The notes below the pieces were generated by a model. That model worked only from the letters and a program-made list of their open reading frames with translations. It ran no database searches and was not told the origin of the DNA. From assembly GCA_965243025.1 (NCBI GenBank), contig CBDETY010000003.1, positions 832,001 through 896,000 of the forward strand: a stretch of 64,000 nt of DNA, given 5' to 3'. Each line of letters opens with the position of its first letter. The stretch's first letter is position 1. Positions 1-11,050 of the stretch are shown here, piece by piece. The translations under genes were made by a program, and so were the position numbers. Source of the DNA: Candidatus Latescibacterota bacterium (GTDB lineage Bacteria > Latescibacterota > UBA2968 > UBA8231).

Positions 1-3000
1 AGCGGCAATACAGAGGGCGAAATTGCCCGTGTTTTTGATAACTCGGCAAACGCCGCCCTTATAGTAATGGACATTAGTGGACGGTCTGGCAGTGGACAAG
101 GCACCGGAACAAAGAGTAGTGGTTGGCTGATAATTTACGGAGGATGGAATTGGACTGCTGCTGCCCATGAGCTCGGGCACATCTTCGGTTTGCACCACGA
201 TTTTCGGGATGATACATACATCCTGTCGTATGGACGTCCGAATCAATCATCTGCCAAGTTGTCAGGGTGCGCTGCGGCATTTTTAAAGGTGCATCCCCTA
301 CTTCAACCCCGACGTACCCCTTGAGAACGAATCTCCGCCCACGGTTGAACTCACTTCGTCTGAATTCCCGTTCGGGTCCGAAAGTACCAAGGTCGGACTG
401 AGAGTCCGCGATGACGAAGCCCTTCATCAGTTAATCCTGTTCGTCCATCCAAAGAACCCCTTTCTAGGCGGCACCCCGGAAGTGAAAGCGTGGCAGAGAT
501 TGGCGGCAAATACAGATACCGTTGTTGATTTCGACTTCGATGGCAGGCTTCCGTCCGACAATGTCGGCACCAGTCCTGAGGCTCATACGACACTTTCCAA
601 CACGGCCCAGCATCCCATTTATGTCGTGGCAGTCGATACCGAAGGGAACAGGACCAATACTTTTTCTCCCATGAGTTTTACCCTTGAGGCAGGGCATTCG
701 CCGCAACACATCGCCACAGTTGACCGGCACTACAATGATCACCCCAGCCTGGCGATTTCTCCTGATGGCTCGCATTTGGCGATCGGGAGCGGAGGTATAG
801 TAGAGTTACTGGATACCGGAATACGGGAAAGTATAACAACCTTTCGCCATACTCCGGGAAACCGGTATGGTAACAGGGTCGCGTTTTCACACGATGGGAC
901 GCTGCTCGCCTCCGGATCGGGAAATAGCACGATCAAGGTGTGGAACGTGGCAACAAGACAAAACATCGCCACACTCGAAGGGCATACGGATCAAATCTTG
1001 TCTGTGGACTTTTCAGCCGACGGGACACTGCTCGCTTCCGGATCACTTGATCGCACAGTCAGGTTGTGGAACGTGGCAACATGGACCGGTGGCGCCAGCC
1101 TTGAAGGACACTTAAGTGGAATTGTCTCGGTTGCCTTTTTACCTGATGGAACGCTTGCTTCCAAGTCCTCTGGCGGCACCGTCAAGCTGTGGAATGTGGC
1201 ATCAGAATCAGAAATTTCCACCCTTGATACGGAAGCGGGGGGACTAGCGATTTCACCCGATGGTACAATCCTCGCATCAGGGCATCCTTACAGCTACGCG
1301 TTTAAGCTGTGGGACCTGGCGACAGGAATGGAAACCGCCACCCTCAACCGTATGCGCGACTACTCTTGGGTTCGTTTCGCATTTTCGCCCGATGGTACAG
1401 TCCTCGCGGTAGCGGCCAATGGCTTGATTGAAATGTGGGACGTTCAGAAGGAAGAATTCATCGCCGTCATCTCAGGGGGACCGGGAGGGGTGGGAAGCTT
1501 GTTGTTCTCACCCAATGGAAAGCAACTTATTGGCTCTGCAAGCAAGGGAATCAAATTCTGGGACGTTTCCGAGTGGACGGCTCCCACAACCCCAGTCAGC
1601 GACCGTACGCCTCAGGTTCGCGACGCCATCGTAGGCTTCGCCGGGGTAAATTCTGCAAACGATGTGACTGATGCACATCTCGCGGAAATCACGAGCCTCA
1701 ATCTGGGGTATAACTCGATCACCGCGCTGAAAAGTGGAGATTTTAGCGGGTTATCCTCCCTGAGAATCCTAAACATCGAAAATAATGGGCTGACCAGCCT
1801 GCCTGAGGATGTTTTCGACGAATTATCTTCCCTGGCACTACTGAACATCAACGATAATGGGTTAACCAACCTGCCTGAGGATGTTTTCGACGGGTTATCT
1901 TCCCTGGAAAGCCTGAACATCCACAATAATGGGCTGACCAGCCTGCCTGAGGATGTTTTCGACGGATTATCTTCCCTGAGAATCCTGAACATCGAAAATA
2001 ATGGGCTGACCAGTCTGCCTGAGGATGTTTTCGACGGATTATCTTCCCTGAGAATCCTGAACATCCACGGTAATGGGCTGACCAGTCTGCCGGAGGATGA
2101 TTTGTTTGGCGGATTATCTTCTCTGCAAAGAATTGTGCTGGCCAACAATGAACTGACGACATTGCCCAATGGCATATTTAAAGGGTTAACGACACTGTCG
2201 ATACTCCTGTTGCAAGGCAACTCCGTTGACTCGCTCCCCCTAACCGTTTCGCTAGGACGGGTTGGCGCTGATCAGTTCAAGGCGGTTGCTCCCACTGGAG
2301 CCCCGTTCAATATCCTGCTGCCACTCAACGTTACCAATGGAAGCATTAATGAGGGTGCCACAACCGTTACGATTCCCATAGGCAGCGTGGAAAGCGGCCC
2401 CCTAACCGTGACCCGGACGTCCGGTTCGAGGGCTGCGGTCACCGTAGATATCGGTGCCTTGCCCGGGCTTCCATCAAACCATCAGGGCTATTCCCTCTTC
2501 AAATCCCCCGATCTTCCGCTGGAAGTCATCAGCAGGACAACTGACCAACAAGCCGCAACCGATTTCAACGGGGACGGCAAGACCGATTTTGTCGACTTCT
2601 TCCTCTTTGCCGACGCCTTCGGCAGCACGGACCCAAAGTTTGACCTCGACGGCAGCGGTACGGTCGATTTCGTCGACTTCTTCCAGTTCGTCGATGCCTT
2701 CGACCAACCGGGGCAGGCCAAGTTGCTTGCGATTGCCCAGGAGATGATCGGACTGCCTGCCGAAACCGAACTGCAACAGAACGCCCCCAACCCATTCAAC
2801 AGCGAGACCGTGATTTCCTGGTTCCAGGTGGAACCGAGCGCGGCGCGAGTGGAGGTGTTCGCCTTGACCGGGCAGCGGCTTGCGGTCCTGCACCAGGGGC
2901 CGCACCAGTCCGGGTTCCACCGCATCCACTGGGACGGCCGCGACGATGCAGGCCGCGCCCTGGCCAGCGGGGTATATCTCTACCGGCTGGTGAGCGCCGA

Positions 3001-3037
3001 CCGCGTCCTGACGCGCAAACTCACCCTGCTGAGATAG
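1..3037 (+). pseudogene. 5'-partial secreted metzincin protease-WD40-LRR-dockerin-like-FlgD Ig/T9SS-type CTD protein, split by a +1 frameshift at CCCC 295-298 (real or sequencing error)
   Basis: Frame 1 is open from base 1 and has HELGHIFGLHH. Removing one C restores HPYFNPDVPLENESPPTVEL, matching the paralog at 16440, and joins ORF 482-3037 (WD40, 24-aa LRRs, DFNGDGKTDFVDFF, QNAPNPFN...RKLTLLR). Confidence 0.8.
1750..2130 (+). repeat. Coding tandem repeat, about 5 near-identical 72-bp LRR units
   Basis: Repeated LSSLRILNIxNNGLTSLPEDVFDG with near-identical DNA. Confidence 0.9.
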
Positions 3038-3049
3038 TCGAATTCCCCG

Positions 3050-5389
3050 ATGAAAAACCAACTTTTCAATCGGACACTCATCGTGCCGATCCTGGCGGTG
3101 ATGCTGGTGTTATGCATCCTGCCTGGAACCAGCCACGGTGGAGGCGTCGGCGATGTAATCGGAGGAATCGTCGAGGTCACCGTCGGCCTCGTGGAAGTGA
3201 CCGTCGGGATCGTCGAGATCGCCGTCGGGGTAATCGACCTTACCGTCAGCCTCCTTGCCACCCTCGCCTTGCATACGGCTGCCGTCACCGCCGCAATCAT
3301 CAGCCCGGACGGCGCGACGCTGATCAGCGCAAGCCTCGACCTCACAATTGCACTGTGGGATCTCACGACCGGGTTACTCACGGCGACTCTGGAGCATCTG
3401 TCTCCGGTCCTGAGCCTAGCCCTCTGCCCCATCGATGCCTGCCTTCTCGCAAGCGGAACCGAGGACGGCAAGCTCCACCTGTGGGACCCCGACACCGGGC
3501 AACTCACCGCCACCCTTACCGGGCACACGGCTGCGATACTGAGCACGGCCTTCAGTCTCCTTGACCACTGCCTGCTGGCAAGCAGCAGTGCGGACGGGAC
3601 CATCCGTGTCTGGGATGCGGAAGCGGGTACACACCATCGGACCCTCACCGGACATGGCGACAGCGTCCTGAGCGTTGCCTTCAACTCCACTGGCGACAAG
3701 CTGGCCAGCGGGGGCGCGGACGGCACCATCCGTCTCTGGAACCCAGGGACAGGCGCTCACCAACAGACACTCACCGGGCACACCGAAGCCGTCAGGAGCC
3801 TTGCCTTCAGTTTCAGCGACAGCTTGCTGGCCAGTGGCAGTGGGGACGGAACGGTGCGGGTGTGGAATGCCCTCACCGGGGAGCACCTCGCCACTCTCGA
3901 TCACAAGTCTCCTGTCCTGAGCGTGGCCTTCGGTCCCGGAGACAGTCTGTTCGCCACCGGCAGTGAGGATGGCAACGCGCGCTTGTGGGACCCCGCGGGC
4001 GAACTATTGGCAACACTCGGGCACGAGTCTCCCGTCCGGAGCGTGTCCTTCAGTCCGGATGGCGGCACGCTGATCAGCGGGGCGGAGGACGGCAAGGTCC
4101 GGCAGTGGCAGGTAACGTCCGTCGCCAGTTGTTGTCCCCGGAATCCGGCGAACGACTTCAATACGATGAAAGCTGCCGGGAACGAATCGCCGCGAGGCAT
4201 CTGGTCGGACGGAACCACCATGTGGGTTGTGGACGACTGGGACGACAAGCTGTACGCCTACGACATGGCCTTCAGAAACCGGGATTCCGCCAAGGACTTC
4301 ACTACCCTGGATGCGGCTGGAAACAAAAAACCATCCGGCATCTGGTCGGACGGAACCACCATGTGGGTCGCCGACTATTTCGGAAGAAAGCTGTACGCCT
4401 ACGACATGGCATCCAAAGCCCGGGATTCCTCCAAGGATTTCAATACCCTGGATGCAGCCGGGAACACCAGGCCTCAGGGCATCTGGTCTGACGGAACCAC
4501 CATGTGGGTGGCGGACGACTGGGACGAGAAACTGTACGCTTACGACAGGGCATCCAAGGCCCGGGATTCCGCACAGGACTTCGACACTGGCGGGAATAAC
4601 TACCCTACGGGCCTCTGGTCGGACGGAACGACCCTGTGGGTGGCCAACTATGCCGGCTCCAAGCTGCATGCCTACGACCTGACCGCCAAGGCCCAGGAAC
4701 CGGCCAGGGACTTCCTTACCCTGCGCTCCGCGGGAAACACCCTCCCTGTCGGCATCTGGTCTGACGGAACCACCATGTGGGTAACGGACGATTCCGACAG
4801 AAAGCTTTACGCCTACGACATGCCAACCGATGGTGATACACCGGCCGGGGACACACCCCAAAATCCCGGTACGGGTACAACGACACCGCCTCCGCAAACC
4901 TCAACGGCCACCGATTTCAACGGGGACGGAAAGACCGATTTCGTCGACTTCTTCCAGTTCATCGACGCCTTCGGCAGCACGGATTCCCGCTTCGACCTCG
5001 ACGGCAGCGGCACGGTCGATTTCGTCGACTTCTTCCAGTTCGTCGATGCCTTCGGCCAGGAGGAGCGCGCCAAGATGGTGGCAATAGCCCAGGAAACGAT
5101 CGGCTTGCCAGCGGAAACTCAGCTCCACCAGAATGCGCCCAACCCGTTCAACAGTGATACGGTCATTTCCTGGTTCCTGCTGGAGCCGGGGCCGGCGCAA
5201 TTGGAGGTGTTGTCCCTGACCGGACAAAGGGTGGCCGCCCTGCATCAGGGCCCGCAACAGGCGGGACGCCACCGGATCCATTGGGACGGTAGGGACAATG
5301 GGGGCCGTCCCCTGGCCAGCGGGGTTTACCTGTACCGCCTGGTTACGAACGAAAGTGTCCTGACGCGGAAACTCACCCTGCTGCGATGA
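3050..5389 (+). CDS. Secreted WD40 protein with five GIWSDGTTMWV (NHL-like) repeats, dockerin-like EF-hand pair and FlgD Ig/T9SS-type CTD
   Basis: Signal peptide, GH...LASG..DG.IRLW repeats, about 47-aa repeats, C-terminal tail shared with neighbouring genes. Confidence 0.85.
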   Translation: MKNQLFNRTLIVPILAVMLVLCILPGTSHGGGVGDVIGGIVEVTVGLVEVTVGIVEIAVGVIDLTVSLLATLALHTAAVTAAIISPDGATLISASLDLTIALWDLTTGLLTATLEHLSPVLSLALCPIDACLLASGTEDGKLHLWDPDTGQLTATLTGHTAAILSTAFSLLDHCLLASSSADGTIRVWDAEAGTHHRTLTGHGDSVLSVAFNSTGDKLASGGADGTIRLWNPGTGAHQQTLTGHTEAVRSLAFSFSDSLLASGSGDGTVRVWNALTGEHLATLDHKSPVLSVAFGPGDSLFATGSEDGNARLWDPAGELLATLGHESPVRSVSFSPDGGTLISGAEDGKVRQWQVTSVASCCPRNPANDFNTMKAAGNESPRGIWSDGTTMWVVDDWDDKLYAYDMAFRNRDSAKDFTTLDAAGNKKPSGIWSDGTTMWVADYFGRKLYAYDMASKARDSSKDFNTLDAAGNTRPQGIWSDGTTMWVADDWDEKLYAYDRASKARDSAQDFDTGGNNYPTGLWSDGTTLWVANYAGSKLHAYDLTAKAQEPARDFLTLRSAGNTLPVGIWSDGTTMWVTDDSDRKLYAYDMPTDGDTPAGDTPQNPGTGTTTPPPQTSTATDFNGDGKTDFVDFFQFIDAFGSTDSRFDLDGSGTVDFVDFFQFVDAFGQEERAKMVAIAQETIGLPAETQLHQNAPNPFNSDTVISWFLLEPGPAQLEVLSLTGQRVAALHQGPQQAGRHRIHWDGRDNGGRPLASGVYLYRLVTNESVLTRKLTLLR

Positions 5390-5580
5390 AGTACAGGAAA
5401 ACTTTCACTTAAAGAAGAGATGGATCGTTGGGGAGCGTCACCAAACGATTTTTCCCCACCGGTTCGGAGTCCCTTTTAAAACAGAAACCAAAGATCTGGT
5501 GTCTACACAAATACACAAGGTGTTCTACATTGGCTTAAGTAATTTGTAACGGGCCCTTTTGATCGACAGGAGAAACGTAT

Positions 5581-6267
5581 ATGCAGTGTTTTTTTCTGGT
5601 CTTCTGCCTGACCGCGCTTGCAATGCACTCCCCGCTCTTCGCCCAGAAGATTGAAGATGTCATTCACTTGAAGAATGGAGAAACTGTTCGCGGCACCATC
5701 ATCGAGCAGATTCCGGGCGAATCGCTGAAGATACAAACCGCAGACGGCAGCGTCTTCGTCTATACGATATACGAAATCGCGGAAATAAGCAGGGAACCGG
5801 TGATGAAAATGGGAGAAGGATTCATCAAGGCCAAAAGGAAAAATCCCTGGCTTGCTTCGGGCCTGTCGTTGCTGATTCCGGGTACGGGACAATTTTATAA
5901 CGACCAACACAAAAAGGGGTTGCCACAACTCGGTGCTGCACTTGCAGGGGCAGGGCTTATGTGGTGGGCTGTGAAAGATAATTATGAAAGTTGGGAGAGT
6001 TATGAGGAAAACCCGTCCTGGAACCCGCTTGATTGGATCGATGAGGATGGAGACGACAAGCTATTCTACTTCGGGACTCCCCTCTGGTTAGGCAGCCTGG
6101 TCTGGTCGGTGATTGATGCAAACCGCTCGGCCAACCGAATCAACCAGGAAGGTGAACAACCTGATTTCGGCCATCTGCTGGAGTTGGGTACAGACCAGGT
6201 CACGCTTGGAGTGGATCCCGTCTTCGGGCGCTACGGACCAGGTGCGAAACTTGTGCTTCATTTTTGA
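5581..6267 (+). CDS. Membrane protein with TM2/DUF5683-like motif
   Basis: Signal peptide, VIHLKNGETVRGTII N-domain, KRKNPWLASGLSLLIPGTGQFYN motif, further hydrophobic helices; AGGAG RBS. Confidence 0.7.
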   Translation: MQCFFLVFCLTALAMHSPLFAQKIEDVIHLKNGETVRGTIIEQIPGESLKIQTADGSVFVYTIYEIAEISREPVMKMGEGFIKAKRKNPWLASGLSLLIPGTGQFYNDQHKKGLPQLGAALAGAGLMWWAVKDNYESWESYEENPSWNPLDWIDEDGDDKLFYFGTPLWLGSLVWSVIDANRSANRINQEGEQPDFGHLLELGTDQVTLGVDPVFGRYGPGAKLVLHF

Positions 6268-6409
6268 TCTCCACGCAATTGCCAGCTCTCCATCCTGACC
6301 GTGAGAGTGCAGGAAACTCTCTATATCTCTTTTCAAGAGCAACCGGATCGGGAATGACTGACCATCAATTAAAAACCCGTTTATCCAGTTACCCGCAAGG
6401 AGACAGGCT

Positions 6410-8245
6410 ATGAACAACTATGCCCTGATTTTGTTGTTGGCCCTGGGCCTGGCCGCATGCAGGGGACCTCAGGGCCCTCCGGGCACTGATGGCCAGATCG
6501 GCCCGATGGGACCTTCAGGCGAACAGGGTTCCCAAGGGGAAAAAGGGGATAAAGGCGATGAAGGGCCTCAGGGAGAAACTGGGGAACAGGGACCTCAAGG
6601 ACCCCAGGGGGAAACAGGACAGCAAGGGCCTCAAGGGGAAACTGGGGAACAGGGACCTCAAGGATCCCGGGGGGAAACAGGACAGCAAGGGCCTCAAGGG
6701 GAAACTGGGGAACAGGGACCTCAAGGACCCCAAGGGGAAACAGGACAGCAAGGGCCTCAAGGGGAAACCGGGGAACAGGGACCTCAAGGACCCCAGGGGG
6801 AAACAGGCCAACAGGGACCCCAAGGTGACCCAGGACCTGAGGGACCCCAAGGCCCGGAAGGACCTCCAGGCCAACAGGGACCCCAAGGTGACCCAGGACC
6901 TGAGGGACCCCAGGGACCGGAAGGATCGCCAGGCGAGCAAGGACCTGAGGGCCCCCCGGGACCGGAAGGACCCCAAGGACCAGAGGGACCTGAAGGACCC
7001 GGCGGTGGCGAAGAAGGGCCCCCAGGACCTCAAGGACCTCCAGGAGAACAGGGACCTCCAGGAGAACAGGGACCGGAAGGACCGGAGGGACCTCAAGGAC
7101 CTCCAGGGGAGCAAGGACCTCCAGGGGAGCAGGGGCCGCAGGGACCGGAAGGACCCGAAGGGCCTGAAGGACCTCCAGGCGACCAAGGTCCGGAAGGACC
7201 GGAGGGACCTCAAGGACCTCCAGGATCTGGAGAATCCGGAGGCGGACAAGGGGGACAGGAACCTCCCGTCTTCGAGGCCACGGGTGATAGTGCCGCCCTG
7301 GTCGCTCTTTACTATGCCGCGGGCGGGGAATCCTGGACGGATAATTCCCAGTGGCTGAGCTCGGCTCCTATCGCAGAATGGTACGGCGTCACCACCAACC
7401 CCAGCGGCCGCCAGATCCTTCGGCTGGACCTGTCAGACAATGCGTTGTGGGGGCCAATTCCCCCCGAACTTGCTGACCTCGCCTACCTGGAATACCTGGA
7501 CCTCTCCGGTAACGGGTTGAGGGAGGACATTCCACCGGAACTGGCAAACCTCGAAAACCTGGAAGTTCTGAATCTTTCAAACAACGATTTCCATGGGGAA
7601 GTTCCACCGGAACTGGCAAACCTCGAGAGCCTGGAAACCCTCAACCTGTTCGGCAACGAATTGGAGGGGGAAATTCCACTGGAACTGGGGAACCTCCGCA
7701 ACCTGAGAACCCTTTCCCTGGGTTCTAACAAGTTGGAGGGGGAAATTCCACCGGAACTGGCAGACCTCGAAAACCTGGAAGTCCTTAACCTGGCAAATAA
7801 CCGGTTGGAGGGAATTCTGCCGGACTTTCTGGCGGACTTCTCCAACCTGGATAACCTGCTCCTAAGTGGAAACACCCAACTGAATGGGTGCTTACCGGAA
7901 GGGGCGCCGGTGCCGTTCTGCACACTGCCAGGCAACCTGAATGCAAGGCGCGAAAACGGCGATACAGTCCTCACCTGGGATCCTGTGGAAGGAGCCACCC
8001 ACTACAATCTTTACTGGAACCCTGAACCTTTCGGTACAGATTGCACAGTGACCTCCGGTGGTTCCACAGGGACATCGTTCAGGGGTTGTTCAGCATTAGC
8101 TACCGAAATTACTGAGACAACCTACATCCACGACCGCTCCGATTTGGAATACGAATACTGGGTTACTGCCTGTACCAGCGATGGGTGCGGGACCATCACA
8201 TGGGTGGAGGACGAAAGCGAGCAGGATCCTCCAGCTAAAATTTAG
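6410..8245 (+). CDS. Lipoprotein with long collagen-like Gly-X-Y stalk, LRR domain and Fn3-like C-terminus
   Basis: Lipobox LAAC; GPQ/GPE triplets; plant-type LRR cap (DSAALVALY...W..W.GV) and LxLsxNxLxGxIPPEL repeats. Confidence 0.9.
   Translation: MNNYALILLLALGLAACRGPQGPPGTDGQIGPMGPSGEQGSQGEKGDKGDEGPQGETGEQGPQGPQGETGQQGPQGETGEQGPQGSRGETGQQGPQGETGEQGPQGPQGETGQQGPQGETGEQGPQGPQGETGQQGPQGDPGPEGPQGPEGPPGQQGPQGDPGPEGPQGPEGSPGEQGPEGPPGPEGPQGPEGPEGPGGGEEGPPGPQGPPGEQGPPGEQGPEGPEGPQGPPGEQGPPGEQGPQGPEGPEGPEGPPGDQGPEGPEGPQGPPGSGESGGGQGGQEPPVFEATGDSAALVALYYAAGGESWTDNSQWLSSAPIAEWYGVTTNPSGRQILRLDLSDNALWGPIPPELADLAYLEYLDLSGNGLREDIPPELANLENLEVLNLSNNDFHGEVPPELANLESLETLNLFGNELEGEIPLELGNLRNLRTLSLGSNKLEGEIPPELADLENLEVLNLANNRLEGILPDFLADFSNLDNLLLSGNTQLNGCLPEGAPVPFCTLPGNLNARRENGDTVLTWDPVEGATHYNLYWNPEPFGTDCTVTSGGSTGTSFRGCSALATEITETTYIHDRSDLEYEYWVTACTSDGCGTITWVEDESEQDPPAKI
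6463..7230 (+). repeat. Collagen-encoding low-complexity repeat, including 63-bp tandem units
   Basis: [21 protein letters not shown] units repeated. Confidence 0.9.
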
Positions 8246-8411
8246 GATTACTTGGACCAGGAATACTCTTCTTTTTCAGTTGTCAGACCAAGCTTGGACC
8301 GAATGAGTACGACTCTTCCCTGTCGGACCGATTGCGACATGTAAAGAATAGTCCTTCACCCAAAAGGGGGCATCGGAAAACCAGCCCTCCTCATCTGAAA
8401 GGAAGAATGCA

Positions 8412-9380
8412 ATGAAATATTTTGCGTTTTCCTTGTTGCTTGCTTTTGCCTTCTCTGCATGCACCGGCCCTCGGGGGGAACAGGGCCCGATGGGACCTCA
8501 AGGGCCCCAAGGAGAAAAGGGGGAACAAGGCCCGCAAGGACCTGAGGGACCTCAAGGCGAAGGTGAACAAGGCCCGCAAGGACCTGGGGGACCTCAAGGA
8601 GAACAGGGACCCCAGGGAGAACAGGGACCTCAAGGAGAACGAGGTTCGATGTACAGGATGCTGTACTGGGCGGACTCCGACGCGGGCAAGATTCAGCGAG
8701 CCAATCTCGATGGTTCCGAAGTTCAAACCATCGTCTCCGGATTGGAGGATCCGGAGGGCATTGCTCTCGACGCGGTCGGCTGGAAGATATACTGGACTGA
8801 ATGGGGGAGCGTTAAGCGGGCAAACCTCGATGGCTCCCAGATCGAAAGCCTCGGCACCGTATGGGGAAGTGACATCGCTTTGGACGTGGCTGGAGGAACG
8901 TCTTACCTGGCGAACTGGAAAGAGACGATCTACCGCACGGGCCTGGGCGGTTCCCCAGTCGAAACCCTCGTCACCGAAGCGGGTGCGTCCGAGGCAATCG
9001 CCCTGGATCTGAGAAGGGGCAAGATGTACTGGGGTGGATGGCGCGGAGAGGAGATCAGCCGGTCCGACCTCGACGGTTCCCAGGTCGAAATCATCGTCAC
9101 CGGCGTGGATCGGGTACACGACCTGGAGGTCGACGAGAGTTGGGGCAAGCTGTACTGGGCATCGAATGCGGGGGTCCAGCGGGCAAACCTCGACGGGTCC
9201 CAGGTCGAAACCCTCTTCTCCGAAAACAGCATGGGCATTGCCCTCGACCTCGGCGGGGGCAAGATATACTGGACTGAATGGATCGAGGAGAGGATTCGGC
9301 GGGCAAATCTCGACGGGTCCCAGGTCCAGACCATCGTCACCGGGTTGGAGTGGCCGCGCGATATCGCCCTGGCCCCCTGA
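8412..9380 (+). CDS. Lipoprotein with short collagen stalk and YWTD/LDL-receptor class B beta-propeller
   Basis: Lipobox FSAC; Gly-X-Y; repeated IALD...KIYWTE...IQRANLDGS. Confidence 0.85.
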   Translation: MKYFAFSLLLAFAFSACTGPRGEQGPMGPQGPQGEKGEQGPQGPEGPQGEGEQGPQGPGGPQGEQGPQGEQGPQGERGSMYRMLYWADSDAGKIQRANLDGSEVQTIVSGLEDPEGIALDAVGWKIYWTEWGSVKRANLDGSQIESLGTVWGSDIALDVAGGTSYLANWKETIYRTGLGGSPVETLVTEAGASEAIALDLRRGKMYWGGWRGEEISRSDLDGSQVEIIVTGVDRVHDLEVDESWGKLYWASNAGVQRANLDGSQVETLFSENSMGIALDLGGGKIYWTEWIEERIRRANLDGSQVQTIVTGLEWPRDIALAP

Positions 9381-9469
9381 AACCCGGAACTAACGGGAAT
9401 ACCTCGGAAGTTGCGGTTTAACCCGGAATTTTCCCAAGCCTCGACGGCAATTCTGAACCGTAAGGAATC

Positions 9470-11044
9470 ATGAGAAAGCAACTCCTTTTCTCAGTCTTTA
9501 TTTCGGGAGCGGCCTGGAACTTTTTCCCAAGGTTTCTCGAGGCCCAAATAGACGTCGGTGTGGTTTCTGAAAGCATCGTCCGTGTTCGTGCGTACCAGAT
9601 AGACGGGGTTGAAGTCGAGGGAGCCGGGTTTGTCGTCAACGAAATGGGGCACGTCCTTACGAATGCCCATCTCATTGAGAAAGCGGATAGAGTAACGGTA
9701 TTGTCCCTGAAAACGGACGCCGAGGCAATTCCCGAGCAGGTGTTCGCCGACCGCGAAATCAACCTCGCCCTTTTGCAAACACAGAATTTGAACCTCCCCC
9801 CCCTCAGGCTGTCCGAAAGGGCAGCCGGTGCAGGCCGAATCGTCCAGACGCTGCGCTTCGGCGTCATGGGGGATGTCTCGCTTTCCCAGGGAACCATAAG
9901 CACCTGGGAAACCATTTTCGAAAAGAAGGCAGGACGGGTCGTTGGGCGCCTGCTGCAACACAATGCCTTGATATCCGCAAAAGCCTTCGGCATGCCGTTG
10001 TTCAACGAATGCGGAGACGTGGTGGCAATCAACATGCCGAATCCCCGCGGCGGACCGTGGCCGTTTCGAACAGCGAAACCGAAAGGGGCCGTTTTTGCCT
10101 TGAGCAGCAACGACTTGGTAGCTGCTCTCGACGGCCGGAAAATCCCGCATCAGGCGGTAAATACTGAATGCCTGGGTGCACTCGAGCGGGCCGAACGCGA
10201 CAAACTGGCCACCGAGGACAGCCTGAAACTGGCAAGGGCGGAAGCCGACTCGGCGATAAAGGCCGCATCAGAAGCCGGGGAGAAGGAGAAGGCGGCCCGG
10301 CAAGAGGCTGAAAGGGTTAAAGCCCGGGCGGAGGCTGCGAGAAAGGCGGCTGCCCGGAGCATTCAGGCTGCCAGAGCCCAGGCGGAGAGTCTGAAGACAG
10401 CGACAGTGCGGGCGGTCACGGCGGTAAAAGCTGCGCCCGATGGCCCGCAGGCTTCCAAGGTTCAAACGGATAGCCTGGAGACAGGGAAAGCGTTCCCCGA
10501 TTCGACGACTGACGAGACCGCCGACAGCAGCGAACAACCTGCCCGGGAGATCCCGCTGAGCTTGAAGTGGGGGATTCCAATCGGGGGAGCCGTTGTGTTG
10601 CTCATCCTGCTCGGCTGGTTGCTTGCCGCCCACCGGAGAAAGGAACAGCTGCGCAGCGCCGAGTCCCGTTTGAGCGCAGCGCACCAGGCTGCGGCGGCCG
10701 CACCGAAGCCGGCGCCTTTCAGATGCCTGCTGGAAGGCCGGGACAGCTCCGGCCGGGAATTCGCATTGACCATATCGGCCCTGGCGCTGGGTGATCCGGC
10801 CGGTGTAACGCTTGGGAGGAGTCCGGCGAATGCCGATTTCGTCGTCGATCACGATGAAGTCTCCCGCGAACACGTCCGCCTCAGGTGCACTGGCCCCACC
10901 CTCTACGCGGAGGATTTGAACGCCCTGAACGGGACCAGGGTAAATGGCCGTTTGCTGAATCAGGAGGAAAGGGTGCCCCTGCAAAACGGGGATCGGCTCG
11001 AGACAGGCCCGATTGTTTTCTCCGTGCTCCTGGTCCAGGAGTGA
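9470..11044 (+). CDS. Membrane protein: trypsin-like (probably inactive) domain, coiled coil, TM, cytoplasmic FHA
   Basis: GAGFVV..LTNAH present; DLAL appears as NLAL and GNSGGP as KAFGMP; TM WGIPIGGAVVLLILLGWLL; FHA motifs LGRS, VSREH, NGT. Confidence 0.85.
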   Translation: MRKQLLFSVFISGAAWNFFPRFLEAQIDVGVVSESIVRVRAYQIDGVEVEGAGFVVNEMGHVLTNAHLIEKADRVTVLSLKTDAEAIPEQVFADREINLALLQTQNLNLPPLRLSERAAGAGRIVQTLRFGVMGDVSLSQGTISTWETIFEKKAGRVVGRLLQHNALISAKAFGMPLFNECGDVVAINMPNPRGGPWPFRTAKPKGAVFALSSNDLVAALDGRKIPHQAVNTECLGALERAERDKLATEDSLKLARAEADSAIKAASEAGEKEKAARQEAERVKARAEAARKAAARSIQAARAQAESLKTATVRAVTAVKAAPDGPQASKVQTDSLETGKAFPDSTTDETADSSEQPAREIPLSLKWGIPIGGAVVLLILLGWLLAAHRRKEQLRSAESRLSAAHQAAAAAPKPAPFRCLLEGRDSSGREFALTISALALGDPAGVTLGRSPANADFVVDHDEVSREHVRLRCTGPTLYAEDLNALNGTRVNGRLLNQEERVPLQNGDRLETGPIVFSVLLVQE

Positions 11045-11050
11045 GTTGAA

